64,000 nt of DNA from UHGV virus genome UHGV-0370399. One strand, written 5' to 3'. Positions 1 to 16,847 of this stretch are shown here, piece after piece. Within the stretch, counting starts at the first letter, position 1. Each line of letters opens with the position of its first letter. Under the pieces are notes generated by a model, which was given only the letters and a program-made list of their open reading frames with translations, was not told the DNA's origin and did not search any database. This stretch comes from a virus. The translations under genes were made by a program, and so were the position numbers.

Positions 1-254
1 ACCCAACGGCAGACCCTACAGCAAATAAGGTTACTCAGCCAGTGGCTATTTATTTTTCTGAACCGGATAATGGCTTAATTGCCTCAGAAGATACAGTTAA
101 TATTACTGTTCCAGCTTCTGCAACGGTCTCACACTATAGCTTGTGGGATGCTAACGATAAATGCGTGGCAACTGGTGCTCTTAGCAAACCTCAATTCTTC
201 GCTGAAGAAGGTATCTATGTTATCTCTTCAGTCTCTGTAGATTTAAACAAATAG
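1..254 (+). CDS. 3' end of an upstream structural gene (partial; possibly portal protein by position)
   Basis: Frame is open from the window edge to TAG at 252-254; lies immediately upstream of the protease/scaffold gene. Confidence 0.4.
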   Translation, partial: PTADPTANKVTQPVAIYFSEPDNGLIASEDTVNITVPASATVSHYSLWDANDKCVATGALSKPQFFAEEGIYVISSVSVDLNK

Positions 255-265
255 GGTGAGTAAAA

Positions 266-1612
266 ATGAGTTCGAATATCTTCAGACTTGCTGATAGATT
301 ATTCAACCAACCTTTACTAGCCACTGAATCATTAGCTCACTCAGCAGCAACTTATGTGAATAACAGATTGCTGGGTGATGTCCAAGCAGCAGTAAACTTT
401 GATAAACCCAAAGGTGAAGCAAGAAGTCTTTTAAAAGTGAAAGATGACATTGCTATTATCCCTATTATGGGTGGTTTAACCCATCGTATGACATTCATTG
501 ATGCAATGTGTACAGGTGGATTAAGCTCTTATGAAGGTTTGCGTAGAGGCTTTGACGAAGCTTTAGCAGATGAGTCAATCAAGACTATTGTTCTGCACAT
601 CGATTCTGGTGGTGGTGAAGCTTCAGGTTGCTTTGAATTAGCACGTCACATTATGGCTTCAAGAGGCCAAAAGAAAATTATTGCTTATGTAGATGAGTTC
701 GCTTGTTCCGCTGCATACGCTCTTGCATCTTCTGCTGAAGAAATTATTGCATCACCAGATGCAGATGTTGGTTCTATCGGTGTAATCATGGTTCATCAGG
801 AATTAACTAAGGCATTTGAAAAGAATGGCGTAACAATTAACGTCATCAAAGCTGGTGAGTTTAAAGGTATGGGTTCACCATTCCAAGCACTCTCAGAAGA
901 AAGCAAAGAAAGACTTCAAAAGAGAATTAATGATACCTACGCAACCTTTACAGGTTTTGTAGCTGAATCTCGTAATCTCTCTGAAGAAGCTGTAAAGAAT
1001 ACTGAGGCGAATGTTTATTCTGCTCAGGAAGCTCTTGAACTTGGTTTAATTAACTCAATCATGTCTCAAGATGATTTCTTAAATTACTTACAAGGTTCTG
1101 AAGAGGCTCCTGTAAGTTTAAACGTTAACAATTCAGGTGAAGAAATGACTGAACAAGAAAAGCAAGAACTAGAAGCTTTGCGTCTTCAGGTTGCTCAAAT
1201 GAAAGCTAAAGAACAGGAAGCTGCTTTGTCAGATTTGACTAATAAGATTTCTGCTTCTGCTGAAGCTTTTGGATTTGATGCAAAAGAAGCTGCAACGACT
1301 ATTTTAGGTGCTGGTCTTGATAACCCTCTGAGTGTTCTGTTTATGAATGCTATGGAAGGTGCTAACCAGAAACTTAATGAAACTATCGCGTCCCATGCTT
1401 CTGCAATGGAAGAAAAAGAATCAGAAATTACCAAGCTGAAAGAAACTGCTGGTGCTGTTCTTGAACATTCTAATGCTATGGAAGAAATGGGTAATGACGG
1501 CGAAGCTGATTTGGTTGAAGAAGAAAAAGAACCAGCTAAGAATGCTTCCGAAGACACCGCTGAACAACGCAAACTGGCTCTCCAGAATGCTCTAAAATCT
1601 CTTATCAAATAA
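266..1612 (+). CDS. prohead protease / scaffold fusion (S49/ClpP-like serine peptidase N-terminus, acidic coiled-coil C-terminus)
   Basis: ATG with SD agggtgag; motifs HIDSGGGEASGC and ACSAAYALASS resemble the S49 peptidase core; C-terminal half is E/K/A-rich and helical like scaffold domains. Confidence 0.8.
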   Translation: MSSNIFRLADRLFNQPLLATESLAHSAATYVNNRLLGDVQAAVNFDKPKGEARSLLKVKDDIAIIPIMGGLTHRMTFIDAMCTGGLSSYEGLRRGFDEALADESIKTIVLHIDSGGGEASGCFELARHIMASRGQKKIIAYVDEFACSAAYALASSAEEIIASPDADVGSIGVIMVHQELTKAFEKNGVTINVIKAGEFKGMGSPFQALSEESKERLQKRINDTYATFTGFVAESRNLSEEAVKNTEANVYSAQEALELGLINSIMSQDDFLNYLQGSEEAPVSLNVNNSGEEMTEQEKQELEALRLQVAQMKAKEQEAALSDLTNKISASAEAFGFDAKEAATTILGAGLDNPLSVLFMNAMEGANQKLNETIASHASAMEEKESEITKLKETAGAVLEHSNAMEEMGNDGEADLVEEEKEPAKNASEDTAEQRKLALQNALKSLIK

Positions 1613-1623
1613 GGAACACAATA

Positions 1624-2001
1624 ATGGCATATCAAGGTTTTACTAAGTTAGGTAACAGAGAACCTCTGAATGATATCATTCTTTGGGAACAGATTACCCC
1701 AACAGGCCACTCTCGTAAAGAGTACACTCCACAGGCATCTACAGAGTATCGTGTAGGTGAAGTTCTGAAAGCAGATGGTACTAAGGTACAAGCTGGAGAA
1801 GAAGCCCAAGCAGACTCTGTATGTATCGTTAATTTCTACGCAGACCTGCAACTGTCTTATCATGGTCAGTTGAAAGTAGTAGGTATCCACCGTGATGCAG
1901 AACTGAAAGACCTGCTAACTCTTGAATCAAGAGTTGATGCTACTAAAGTCAAGAAAGCTCTGGCTGCTAAAGGTATTGATTTCGTACCAACTGGCCTGTA
2001 A
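1624..2001 (+). CDS. putative head decoration or accessory capsid protein
   Basis: 125 aa ORF between protease/scaffold and major capsid genes; call is by position only. Confidence 0.35.
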   Translation: MAYQGFTKLGNREPLNDIILWEQITPTGHSRKEYTPQASTEYRVGEVLKADGTKVQAGEEAQADSVCIVNFYADLQLSYHGQLKVVGIHRDAELKDLLTLESRVDATKVKKALAAKGIDFVPTGL

Positions 2002-2034
2002 TAACAATAATAAGACATTCTGGAGAATTTTACA

Positions 2035-3141
2035 ATGTTGACTAATTCTGAAAAAAGCAGATTTTTCCTTGCTGACCTGACTGGTGAAGTCCAGTCTATC
2101 CCAAATACTTATGGGTATATTTCCAACTTAGGTCTGTTCCGTTCAGCACCAATCACCCAAACTACTTTCCTTATGGACTTGACTGATTGGGATGTTAGCT
2201 TGCTTGATGCGGTAGACCGTGATAGCCGTAAAGCAGAGACTAGCGCACCTGAGCGTGTTCGTCAAATCAGCTTCCCAATGATGTACTTCAAAGAAGTTGA
2301 AAGCATCACTCCTGATGAAATTCAGGGTGTACGTCAGCCAGGCACTGCAAACGAACTGACTACTGAAGCTGTAGTACGTGCTAAGAAGCTGATGAAGATT
2401 CGTACCAAGTTCGATATTACTCGTGAGTTCCTGTTTATGCAAGCTCTGAAGGGTAAAGTTGTTGATGCTCGTGGTACTCTGTACGCTGACCTGTACAAGC
2501 AGTTCGACGTTGAGAAGAAGACTATTTACTTCGACCTTGACAATCCTAATGCTGATATCGACGCTTCTATTGAAGAACTGCGTATGCACATGGAAGATGA
2601 AGCTAAGACTGGCACTGTAATCAACGGTGAAGAGATTCACGTAGTTGTTGACCGTGTATTCTTCAGCAAACTGGTTAAGCATCCTAAGATTCGTGACGCT
2701 TATCTTGCACAGCAGACTCCACTGGCTTGGCAACAGATTACTGGTTCTCTGAGAACTGGTGGTGCTGACGGCGTTCAGGCTCATATGAATACTTTCTACT
2801 ACGGTGGTGTTAAGTTTGTCCAGTACAACGGTAAGTTCAAAGACAAGCGTGGTAAGGTTCACACTCTGGTTAGCATTGACAGCGTAGCAGACACTGTTGG
2901 TGTTGGTCATGCTTTCCCTAACGTAGCTATGCTGGGTGAAGCTAACAACATCTTCGAAGTTGCATATGGTCCATGTCCTAAGATGGGTTACGCAAATACA
3001 CTTGGTCAGGAACTGTACGTATTCGAATACGAAAAAGACCGTGACGAAGGTATTGACTTCGAAGCTCACTCTTACATGCTGCCATACTGTACTCGTCCTC
3101 AGTTGCTGGTAGATGTTCGCGCTGACGCTAAAGGCGAATGA
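2035..3141 (+). CDS. major capsid protein
   Basis: 368 aa ORF with SD ggag directly after protease/scaffold and decoration-like genes; size and order typical of HK97-fold capsid proteins. Confidence 0.7.
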   Translation: MLTNSEKSRFFLADLTGEVQSIPNTYGYISNLGLFRSAPITQTTFLMDLTDWDVSLLDAVDRDSRKAETSAPERVRQISFPMMYFKEVESITPDEIQGVRQPGTANELTTEAVVRAKKLMKIRTKFDITREFLFMQALKGKVVDARGTLYADLYKQFDVEKKTIYFDLDNPNADIDASIEELRMHMEDEAKTGTVINGEEIHVVVDRVFFSKLVKHPKIRDAYLAQQTPLAWQQITGSLRTGGADGVQAHMNTFYYGGVKFVQYNGKFKDKRGKVHTLVSIDSVADTVGVGHAFPNVAMLGEANNIFEVAYGPCPKMGYANTLGQELYVFEYEKDRDEGIDFEAHSYMLPYCTRPQLLVDVRADAKGE

Positions 3142-3162
3142 TATTCTTAAGGAGGGTTATGA

Positions 3163-3612
3163 ATGTGTTATACAGGCGACCCAGCCAATAACCCTCTTGA
3201 TAGAGTAAGAATCCTCTGCACAGACACCAATAATGATGAAATTCTTATTGAACAGTCTGTGCTAGAGTGGTTCTATCTAGAATCTGGAAAGGATGAAAAG
3301 AAAGCAGCCATCAAAGCTCTTAAATATTTACTCTTTCAAGTAGCCAAGATGGGAGATGAGAAGGTTGGTGGTGTTTATTTACGTAATTCTTCCAGATTCA
3401 AATCTCTGAAAGCTGTTTATGACGACCTTGTTAAAAGCTCTGTTTCAGGACTACCCTATGCAGGTGGTATTAATCAGTGTGATATTGACATGCGTCGTCA
3501 GAATCCTTGCTCTGTCAAGAAATACACAGAATATGGTGATGCTGCCAGATACGAAGGCAGAGATTACTGCAACCGTGTTAATGGCGTATTTATTATCGAG
3601 CGAGATGAATAA
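3163..3612 (+). CDS. hypothetical head completion / head-tail joining protein
   Basis: ATG 3163 with SD aggaggg; position between capsid and tail genes. Confidence 0.3.
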   Translation: MCYTGDPANNPLDRVRILCTDTNNDEILIEQSVLEWFYLESGKDEKKAAIKALKYLLFQVAKMGDEKVGGVYLRNSSRFKSLKAVYDDLVKSSVSGLPYAGGINQCDIDMRRQNPCSVKKYTEYGDAARYEGRDYCNRVNGVFIIERDE

Positions 3613-4094
3613 TGGTTAAAAGGGTTATTCACCCCGCGAGAGCAAAATTAGTCGGGGCTATGAAGAACTTGCAAACGGCTAATGCTCAAGTTGGGTATTT
3701 TCAAGAACAAGGTCAACATAGCTCTGGTTTTTCTTATCCTGCTTTAATGTATTTACAAGAAGTTATTGGGGTTCCTTCAGCTTCTGGTAAAGTATATCGT
3801 AGGTTGTTTGAAATCACTATGATGCTAAACAAACAGACCTTGTTAGAGCAGACTAAGAAGAATCTATATAAGCAACTTAGCAGTCTCAACACAGACCCTT
3901 CAAATACCTTAGAAGCATTTGCAAAGAATGCTCAAAAGGCAATTAAAAGAGGTTTTGGTAATTCTGCTATCCTCCCTCCTAACGCACCTTCCACAGTCAA
4001 GAAAAAAGGCTTTAACGCACCTCTTGTTGAGACAGGTGACTTAAGAGATAACCTTGCTTATAAAATTTCTACTAAGAAGGGTATTAAAAAATGA
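3612..4094 (+). CDS. hypothetical head-tail connector protein
   Basis: ATG overlaps the upstream stop (translational coupling); structural module position. Confidence 0.3.
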   Translation: MVKRVIHPARAKLVGAMKNLQTANAQVGYFQEQGQHSSGFSYPALMYLQEVIGVPSASGKVYRRLFEITMMLNKQTLLEQTKKNLYKQLSSLNTDPSNTLEAFAKNAQKAIKRGFGNSAILPPNAPSTVKKKGFNAPLVETGDLRDNLAYKISTKKGIKK

Positions 4095-4492
4095 GACTCT
4101 TAAACAGACACAGCTTTGTAGTAAAGCGTAAAGTCTCTGAAGATGGTTATTATAATGCTGATGGTGATTGGGTAGCTTCACAAGATATTGTAGAGGTTAA
4201 CTGTAAAGGTAATATTCAGCCATATATCAAAGGTTCTGTAAAGAATGGTACACAGATTGCTTTACCGGAAGGTATTAGGCTTACCGATACAAGAATCCTG
4301 TATACCACATATAAACTTAGAACTTCAGATGATGTAGAGTGGAATGAGTCTGATATTGTTATGATTGATGGTCATGAGTATGAAGTATTTATGACTATGG
4401 ATTGGTCACAGCAATTAGCCCATACGTCCCATTATGAATATATCATTATTAGAAGGGATAAAATGAATGCAGTTAGAAACAGCAGAACTTGA
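4091..4492 (+). CDS. hypothetical tail completion protein
   Basis: ATGA overlap with upstream gene; structural module position. Confidence 0.3.
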   Translation: MRLLNRHSFVVKRKVSEDGYYNADGDWVASQDIVEVNCKGNIQPYIKGSVKNGTQIALPEGIRLTDTRILYTTYKLRTSDDVEWNESDIVMIDGHEYEVFMTMDWSQQLAHTSHYEYIIIRRDKMNAVRNSRT

Positions 4493-5066
4493 AAAAGGTC
4501 TAGTTAGAACCTTAGTGGATGTTATTGGTCACAGACTAGCTCGTGATAAAAATAATAGACCAAATGTAATTAGAGCTTACCCTTCTGATAACTCAAATGA
4601 CAAAGGTTTAAAACCTGACCAGCCATTTATTACCGTATATTGTCAAGATGCTGCAACACCTTATGGTTGGGTTCTTGATAAGTTTGTTGAGGATGATGTA
4701 GTTTGCTACAGAATTGCTTTTCAGATTCCAGTATTAATTACGGTGAATGGTAAAGGTGCTCACAGTATTATGCTTGAGCTTAAACAACGATTAGAGATGA
4801 GTTCAGTCAGGGATTTAATTCTTGAAGAGACAGGAGCTACAGTACTAGACACTGGAGCCATCCCAAATGACTACACTTATCTCAATACAGATTTCGAAAA
4901 TTCTGCGCCTCTTGTTGTAACTCTTGTAAAAAATTCAGTCCTGAAAGATGAACGTGGAAGTATTATTGAGCGTGTCATTGTTGATGGTGAGTTGGTTTAT
5001 GAAGAAGGACAAGAGCCACCAGAATATACTATCCATCTAGATGTAGACTCCAAAGGGGTAAAATAA
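4467..5066 (+). CDS. hypothetical tail completion / sheath terminator protein
   Basis: ATG 4467 with SD aggga; lies directly before the sheath-like gene. Confidence 0.3.
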   Translation: MQLETAELEKGLVRTLVDVIGHRLARDKNNRPNVIRAYPSDNSNDKGLKPDQPFITVYCQDAATPYGWVLDKFVEDDVVCYRIAFQIPVLITVNGKGAHSIMLELKQRLEMSSVRDLILEETGATVLDTGAIPNDYTYLNTDFENSAPLVVTLVKNSVLKDERGSIIERVIVDGELVYEEGQEPPEYTIHLDVDSKGVK

Positions 5067-6419
5067 ATGTGGAATCCAATTGTTAATGTAGATATTACAT
5101 TGAACACCGCAGGAACTACAAGAGAAGGTTTTGGTTTGCCACTATTCTTAGCTTCAACAGATAACTTTGAAGAAAGAGTCCGTGGTTACACTTCCTTAAC
5201 TGAAGTTGCTGAAGATTTCGATGAAAACTCTGCTGCATATAAGGCTGCTAAACAACTTTGGAGTCAGACTCCTAAAGTAACTCAGCTTTATATTGGTAGA
5301 CGTGCTATGCAGTACACTGTATCAATTCCTAATGCCGTTGCTGAAAGTACAGACTACTCAATTACTGTAGCTGCTGGCGGTGGAATTTCTCAACCATATC
5401 AGTATACAGCGCAAGCTGAAGACACTGCTGAAAACGTGTTGCAACAGTTTAAAACACAGATTGAAGCTGACCCAACAATCAAAGATAAGGTTTCTGTGAA
5501 CGTAACTGGTAGCAATGGCTCTGCCACAATGATTATTACCAAAGCTGGTGATAATGACTTTGTGAAAGTAACAACTACAGCACAGACTGTGTATATTGCA
5601 AGTACAACTGCCGATACAGCATCAACTGCTCTGGCAGCTATCGAAGCTTACTCTACTGACTGGTATTTCATTGCAGCAGAAGACAGAACTCAACAGTTTG
5701 TCTTAGCAATGGCTTCTGAGATTCAGGCTCGCAAGAAAATCTTCTTTACAGCTAACTCCGATGTAACAGCCCTGCAAGGTACAGAATTAGCCAGTGCAAA
5801 TGATGTTCCAGCACAGCTTGCTAAGAGTATGTACACTCGTACAGTTTGCTTGTGGCATCACGCAGCAGCAGAAGACTACCCAGAGATGGCATACATTGCT
5901 TATGGTGCTCCATATGATGCAGGTTCAATTGCTTGGGGTAATGCTCAGCTAACTGGTGTAGCAGCTTCTCTACAACCATCTAATCAGAGACCTCTGACAA
6001 GTATTCAGAAGTCTGCTTTAGATGTACGTCACTGTAACTTTATTGACCTTGATGGTGGTGTTCCAGTGGTTCGTAGAGGGATTACTTCTGGTGGGGAATG
6101 GATTGATATCGTCCGTGGCGTTGACTGGTTAGAATCAGACCTGAAAACTTCTCTGAGAGACTTGCTAATTAACCAGAAGGGTGGTAAGATTACTTATGAT
6201 GATACTGGTATTACCCGTATTCGTCAAGTCATTGAAACCTCTCTACAAAGAGCAGTCAACAGAAACTTCCTGTCATCTTACACAGTTAATGTTCCTAAAG
6301 CCTCTCAAGTTGCTTTGGCAGACAAGAAAGCTCGTATCCTGAAAGATGTTACCTTCGCAGGTATCTTAGCAGGGGCTATCTTGGATGTTGACTTGAAAGG
6401 TACAGTGGCTTACGAATAA
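5067..6419 (+). CDS. putative tail sheath protein
   Basis: 450 aa ORF immediately upstream of a 148 aa tube-like gene, chaperone pair and tape measure gene, the canonical contractile-tail order. Confidence 0.5.
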   Translation: MWNPIVNVDITLNTAGTTREGFGLPLFLASTDNFEERVRGYTSLTEVAEDFDENSAAYKAAKQLWSQTPKVTQLYIGRRAMQYTVSIPNAVAESTDYSITVAAGGGISQPYQYTAQAEDTAENVLQQFKTQIEADPTIKDKVSVNVTGSNGSATMIITKAGDNDFVKVTTTAQTVYIASTTADTASTALAAIEAYSTDWYFIAAEDRTQQFVLAMASEIQARKKIFFTANSDVTALQGTELASANDVPAQLAKSMYTRTVCLWHHAAAEDYPEMAYIAYGAPYDAGSIAWGNAQLTGVAASLQPSNQRPLTSIQKSALDVRHCNFIDLDGGVPVVRRGITSGGEWIDIVRGVDWLESDLKTSLRDLLINQKGGKITYDDTGITRIRQVIETSLQRAVNRNFLSSYTVNVPKASQVALADKKARILKDVTFAGILAGAILDVDLKGTVAYE

Positions 6420-6434
6420 TAGAGGTAAATTGGA

Positions 6435-6881
6435 ATGGCTATGTATCAGCAATATTCCCCTAAAGACGTTGTATGTAGCTGGAATGGTATTGCCATTGAA
6501 GGCTTTGCCCCAGATTCATTCTTGCGTCTACAGAGAACATCACCGCTTGTGACACCAGTTGTTGGTGCAGGTGGTCAAGTTGCTCTGACAAGAAATGCAG
6601 ACAAGACAGGTACTATTGAGATTGAGTTAATGCAGACTTCTCTCTCTAACCAGATGCTTTCTGCAATTCAAGCTAAACAAGACAATATGGAACTTGAAGA
6701 AGATATCTCTTCTAACTTCGTAATCTACGACCCATCAGGCTCTGTTCTGGCAACTGGTATTAATGCTTGGTTGCAGGAATTACCACAGATTGAACTTGGT
6801 CGTGACCAGAACTCTAAAACTTGGATTTTTGGTTGTGAGAAGCTAGACTACACTTCTACAATTCCAGCGTCAAGTGTTTAA
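6435..6881 (+). CDS. putative tail tube protein
   Basis: 148 aa ORF after the sheath-like gene; followed by a strong intrinsic terminator. Confidence 0.5.
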   Translation: MAMYQQYSPKDVVCSWNGIAIEGFAPDSFLRLQRTSPLVTPVVGAGGQVALTRNADKTGTIEIELMQTSLSNQMLSAIQAKQDNMELEEDISSNFVIYDPSGSVLATGINAWLQELPQIELGRDQNSKTWIFGCEKLDYTSTIPASSV

Positions 6882-6893
6882 TAAATCCTATAA

Positions 6894-6925
6894 GGGGGAG
6901 ACTTTAAAAGGTCTTCCCCTTTTTT
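6894..6925 (+). terminator. intrinsic terminator after the tail tube gene
   Basis: GGGGGAGAC ... GTCTTCCCC stem (one G-U) with 8 nt loop, followed by TTTTTT. Confidence 0.8.
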
Positions 6926-6954
6926 GTTTCTTTTAAAAGTATTAAGGAATCACA

Positions 6955-7353
6955 ATGAAAACAGAATCTAGAGTAATTAATGGTAAGAAAGTAAATATCG
7001 TTCTGCTTGGGGCAAGAGATGGTATTAAGATGTCTATGAAGTTGGGTAAAATTGTTGTTCCAACTTTTGCACAGATGCTGTCAAGTCTGACTGACAAGGG
7101 TAAGAAAGAAGCTCCAATGGTTCCATTTAAAGAACTTGTTGAAGCTTGTTTTGACAGAATTGAAGAAATTAACCTTGAAGAAATGGCTACCCTGTTATTT
7201 CAAGGAGCAACTGTTGATGACTTCCCACTTAATATTGATACATACTTCCAAGCAAACTATGGTGAATTTATTGATTACTTAGCATTTGCGCTGGAGGCAA
7301 ACTTCGGAAGTTTTTTCGAAGCAAGCATTTTCAAAAGCCTAACTTCTCAGTAA
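6955..7353 (+). CDS. tail assembly chaperone (upstream frame)
   Basis: 132 aa acidic ORF directly upstream of the tape measure gene; SD aaggaa. Confidence 0.5.
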   Translation: MKTESRVINGKKVNIVLLGARDGIKMSMKLGKIVVPTFAQMLSSLTDKGKKEAPMVPFKELVEACFDRIEEINLEEMATLLFQGATVDDFPLNIDTYFQANYGEFIDYLAFALEANFGSFFEASIFKSLTSQ

Positions 7354-7594
7354 ACATGGGTAACACTCTACAGACACCACTGACTGATGCTGCTGTAGAG
7401 GCAACCTATGAAGAAGCAGACGAGATGAAATTTGTGCTTGCTATTTATGGTATGGAAGGGTGTAAAGAAACACTTGACCAACTCTTTGCTATGACATTCT
7501 CTGATTTATTATCATTGAGACAATTTCTTGAAATTCAGAGGTCGTATAAAGAGGAAATTGCTTACAACGAACTTAGAAGAGCAGGAAAAATGTA

Positions 7595-7595
<1 letters not shown>
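7275..7595 (+). CDS. tail assembly chaperone -1 frame extension (expressed as fusion by programmed frameshift)
   Basis: The -1 frame is open from 7275 to 7595 and overlaps the 3' end of 6955-7353; slippery heptamer T TTT TTC at 7311-7317 in the zero frame; the ATG at 7356 has no SD. Confidence 0.45.
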
Positions 7596-15611
<8,016 letters not shown>

Positions 15612-15613
15612 TA

Positions 15614-16801
15614 ATGGCGGTAGGTGAAATTCAAATTAGTGCCTTGCCTCAAGCAGCCTTACCAATTGACCTTAGTGATATCTTCCATCTTAAGCAGGGT
15701 ATTGAGGATAAGAGATGTACTCTTGAGCAATTACTTGCTCCACACTCAAGCCTAAGAAATAACCCTCATGGTGTTACTAAAACACAAATTGGTTTAGATA
15801 ACGTTATCAATGCTCTTCAGTTAGTTGCTGCAAATAACTTATCAGACGTTACTAATGTAGCTCAGGCAAGAGCAAATCTACAGATTATGTCTTCAGAAGA
15901 GGTTAATAATCTTGTTCAACAGCATATTCAGGACAAGAGCAACCCACATAATACAACTAAGGTACAGGTAGGATTGAGTAATGTTCAGAACTGGACAACA
16001 TCTAACCTTTATAACGAAGATGCAGATAAGTATGCTACAGCAAGAGCAGTAAATAACTTGTACAAGGCTGTTCAGGCTTCCTATCCAGTAGGTACTATCC
16101 ATCTTTCCATGAACTCTGCAAACCCTTCTACATATTTAATTTGTGGAGGAACTTGGGAGTTAGTTTCAAAAGGTAGAGCATTGGTTGGTTATGACTCTGA
16201 TACAAGACCAACAGGCTCTGTATTTGGTGCTTCAACTGTCACTTTGTCAGTTAATAACATGCCACAACACTCACACTCTGTGTCTCTTAGTGGTGGTGGT
16301 CACACCCATAATGCAACGGTGTCAATTTCAGCTTTTGATTATGGAACTAAGACTACCAACTCTTTTGACTATGGAACAAAGACCACTAACACGACTGGTA
16401 ACCACAACCATGTGGGCAGTGGGTCAACAAATGCGGCTGGTGCTCACAACCATAGATTGACCTATGAAGCAGGTGGTGGTTTATCGGAAAGACCTGCAAT
16501 GGTTTGGTCTACAAGGAATGACCAATCATGGTACTCAGCAGATGCTGTCTGTGAAGTCGCTGGTTCACACACTCACTCTTTCAGTGTTACCACTAACACG
16601 ACTGGTAACCACAGCCACACGGTTGGTATTGGTGCTCACAGCCACACGGTTGGTATTGGTTCACATACACACAATGGTACTGTAACAGTTTCTTCTTCTG
16701 AGCATACGCATAGCGGGAACACTAACAGTATTGGTGGTGGACAAGCTTTTAACATTGAGCAGCCATCCTTCGTACTGTATGTATGGCAGAGAACAGCTTA
16801 A
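15614..16801 (+). CDS. tail fibre protein with His-x-His repeat tip
   Basis: C-terminal 200 aa carry eight H-x-H motifs (SHTHSFS, GNHNHVG, GAHSHTV ...) and end VLYVWQRTA, paralogous to the C-terminus of the next gene. Confidence 0.7.
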   Translation: MAVGEIQISALPQAALPIDLSDIFHLKQGIEDKRCTLEQLLAPHSSLRNNPHGVTKTQIGLDNVINALQLVAANNLSDVTNVAQARANLQIMSSEEVNNLVQQHIQDKSNPHNTTKVQVGLSNVQNWTTSNLYNEDADKYATARAVNNLYKAVQASYPVGTIHLSMNSANPSTYLICGGTWELVSKGRALVGYDSDTRPTGSVFGASTVTLSVNNMPQHSHSVSLSGGGHTHNATVSISAFDYGTKTTNSFDYGTKTTNTTGNHNHVGSGSTNAAGAHNHRLTYEAGGGLSERPAMVWSTRNDQSWYSADAVCEVAGSHTHSFSVTTNTTGNHSHTVGIGAHSHTVGIGSHTHNGTVTVSSSEHTHSGNTNSIGGGQAFNIEQPSFVLYVWQRTA

Positions 16802-16811
16802 TTTCTTTACA

Positions 16812-16831
16812 GGGGCTTGATAGCCCCTTTT
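16812..16831 (+). terminator. intrinsic terminator between the two fibre genes
   Basis: GGGGC ttgata GCCCC followed by TTTT; preceded by TTTACA as in the B-type cassette modules. Confidence 0.6.
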
Positions 16832-16847
16832 AAGAGGAAAATTTATA

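Noticed and set aside
1195-1635. Antisense ORFs listed in the ORF track inside long sense genes (for example 1195-1635, 2143-3069, 8896-9354, 14529-15056, 28311-29206, 33019-33877)
   Set aside because: Each lies entirely within a longer opposite-strand gene with clear motifs and Shine-Dalgarno sequences; they lack their own ribosome-binding sites and are low-complexity mirror images of the sense frame.
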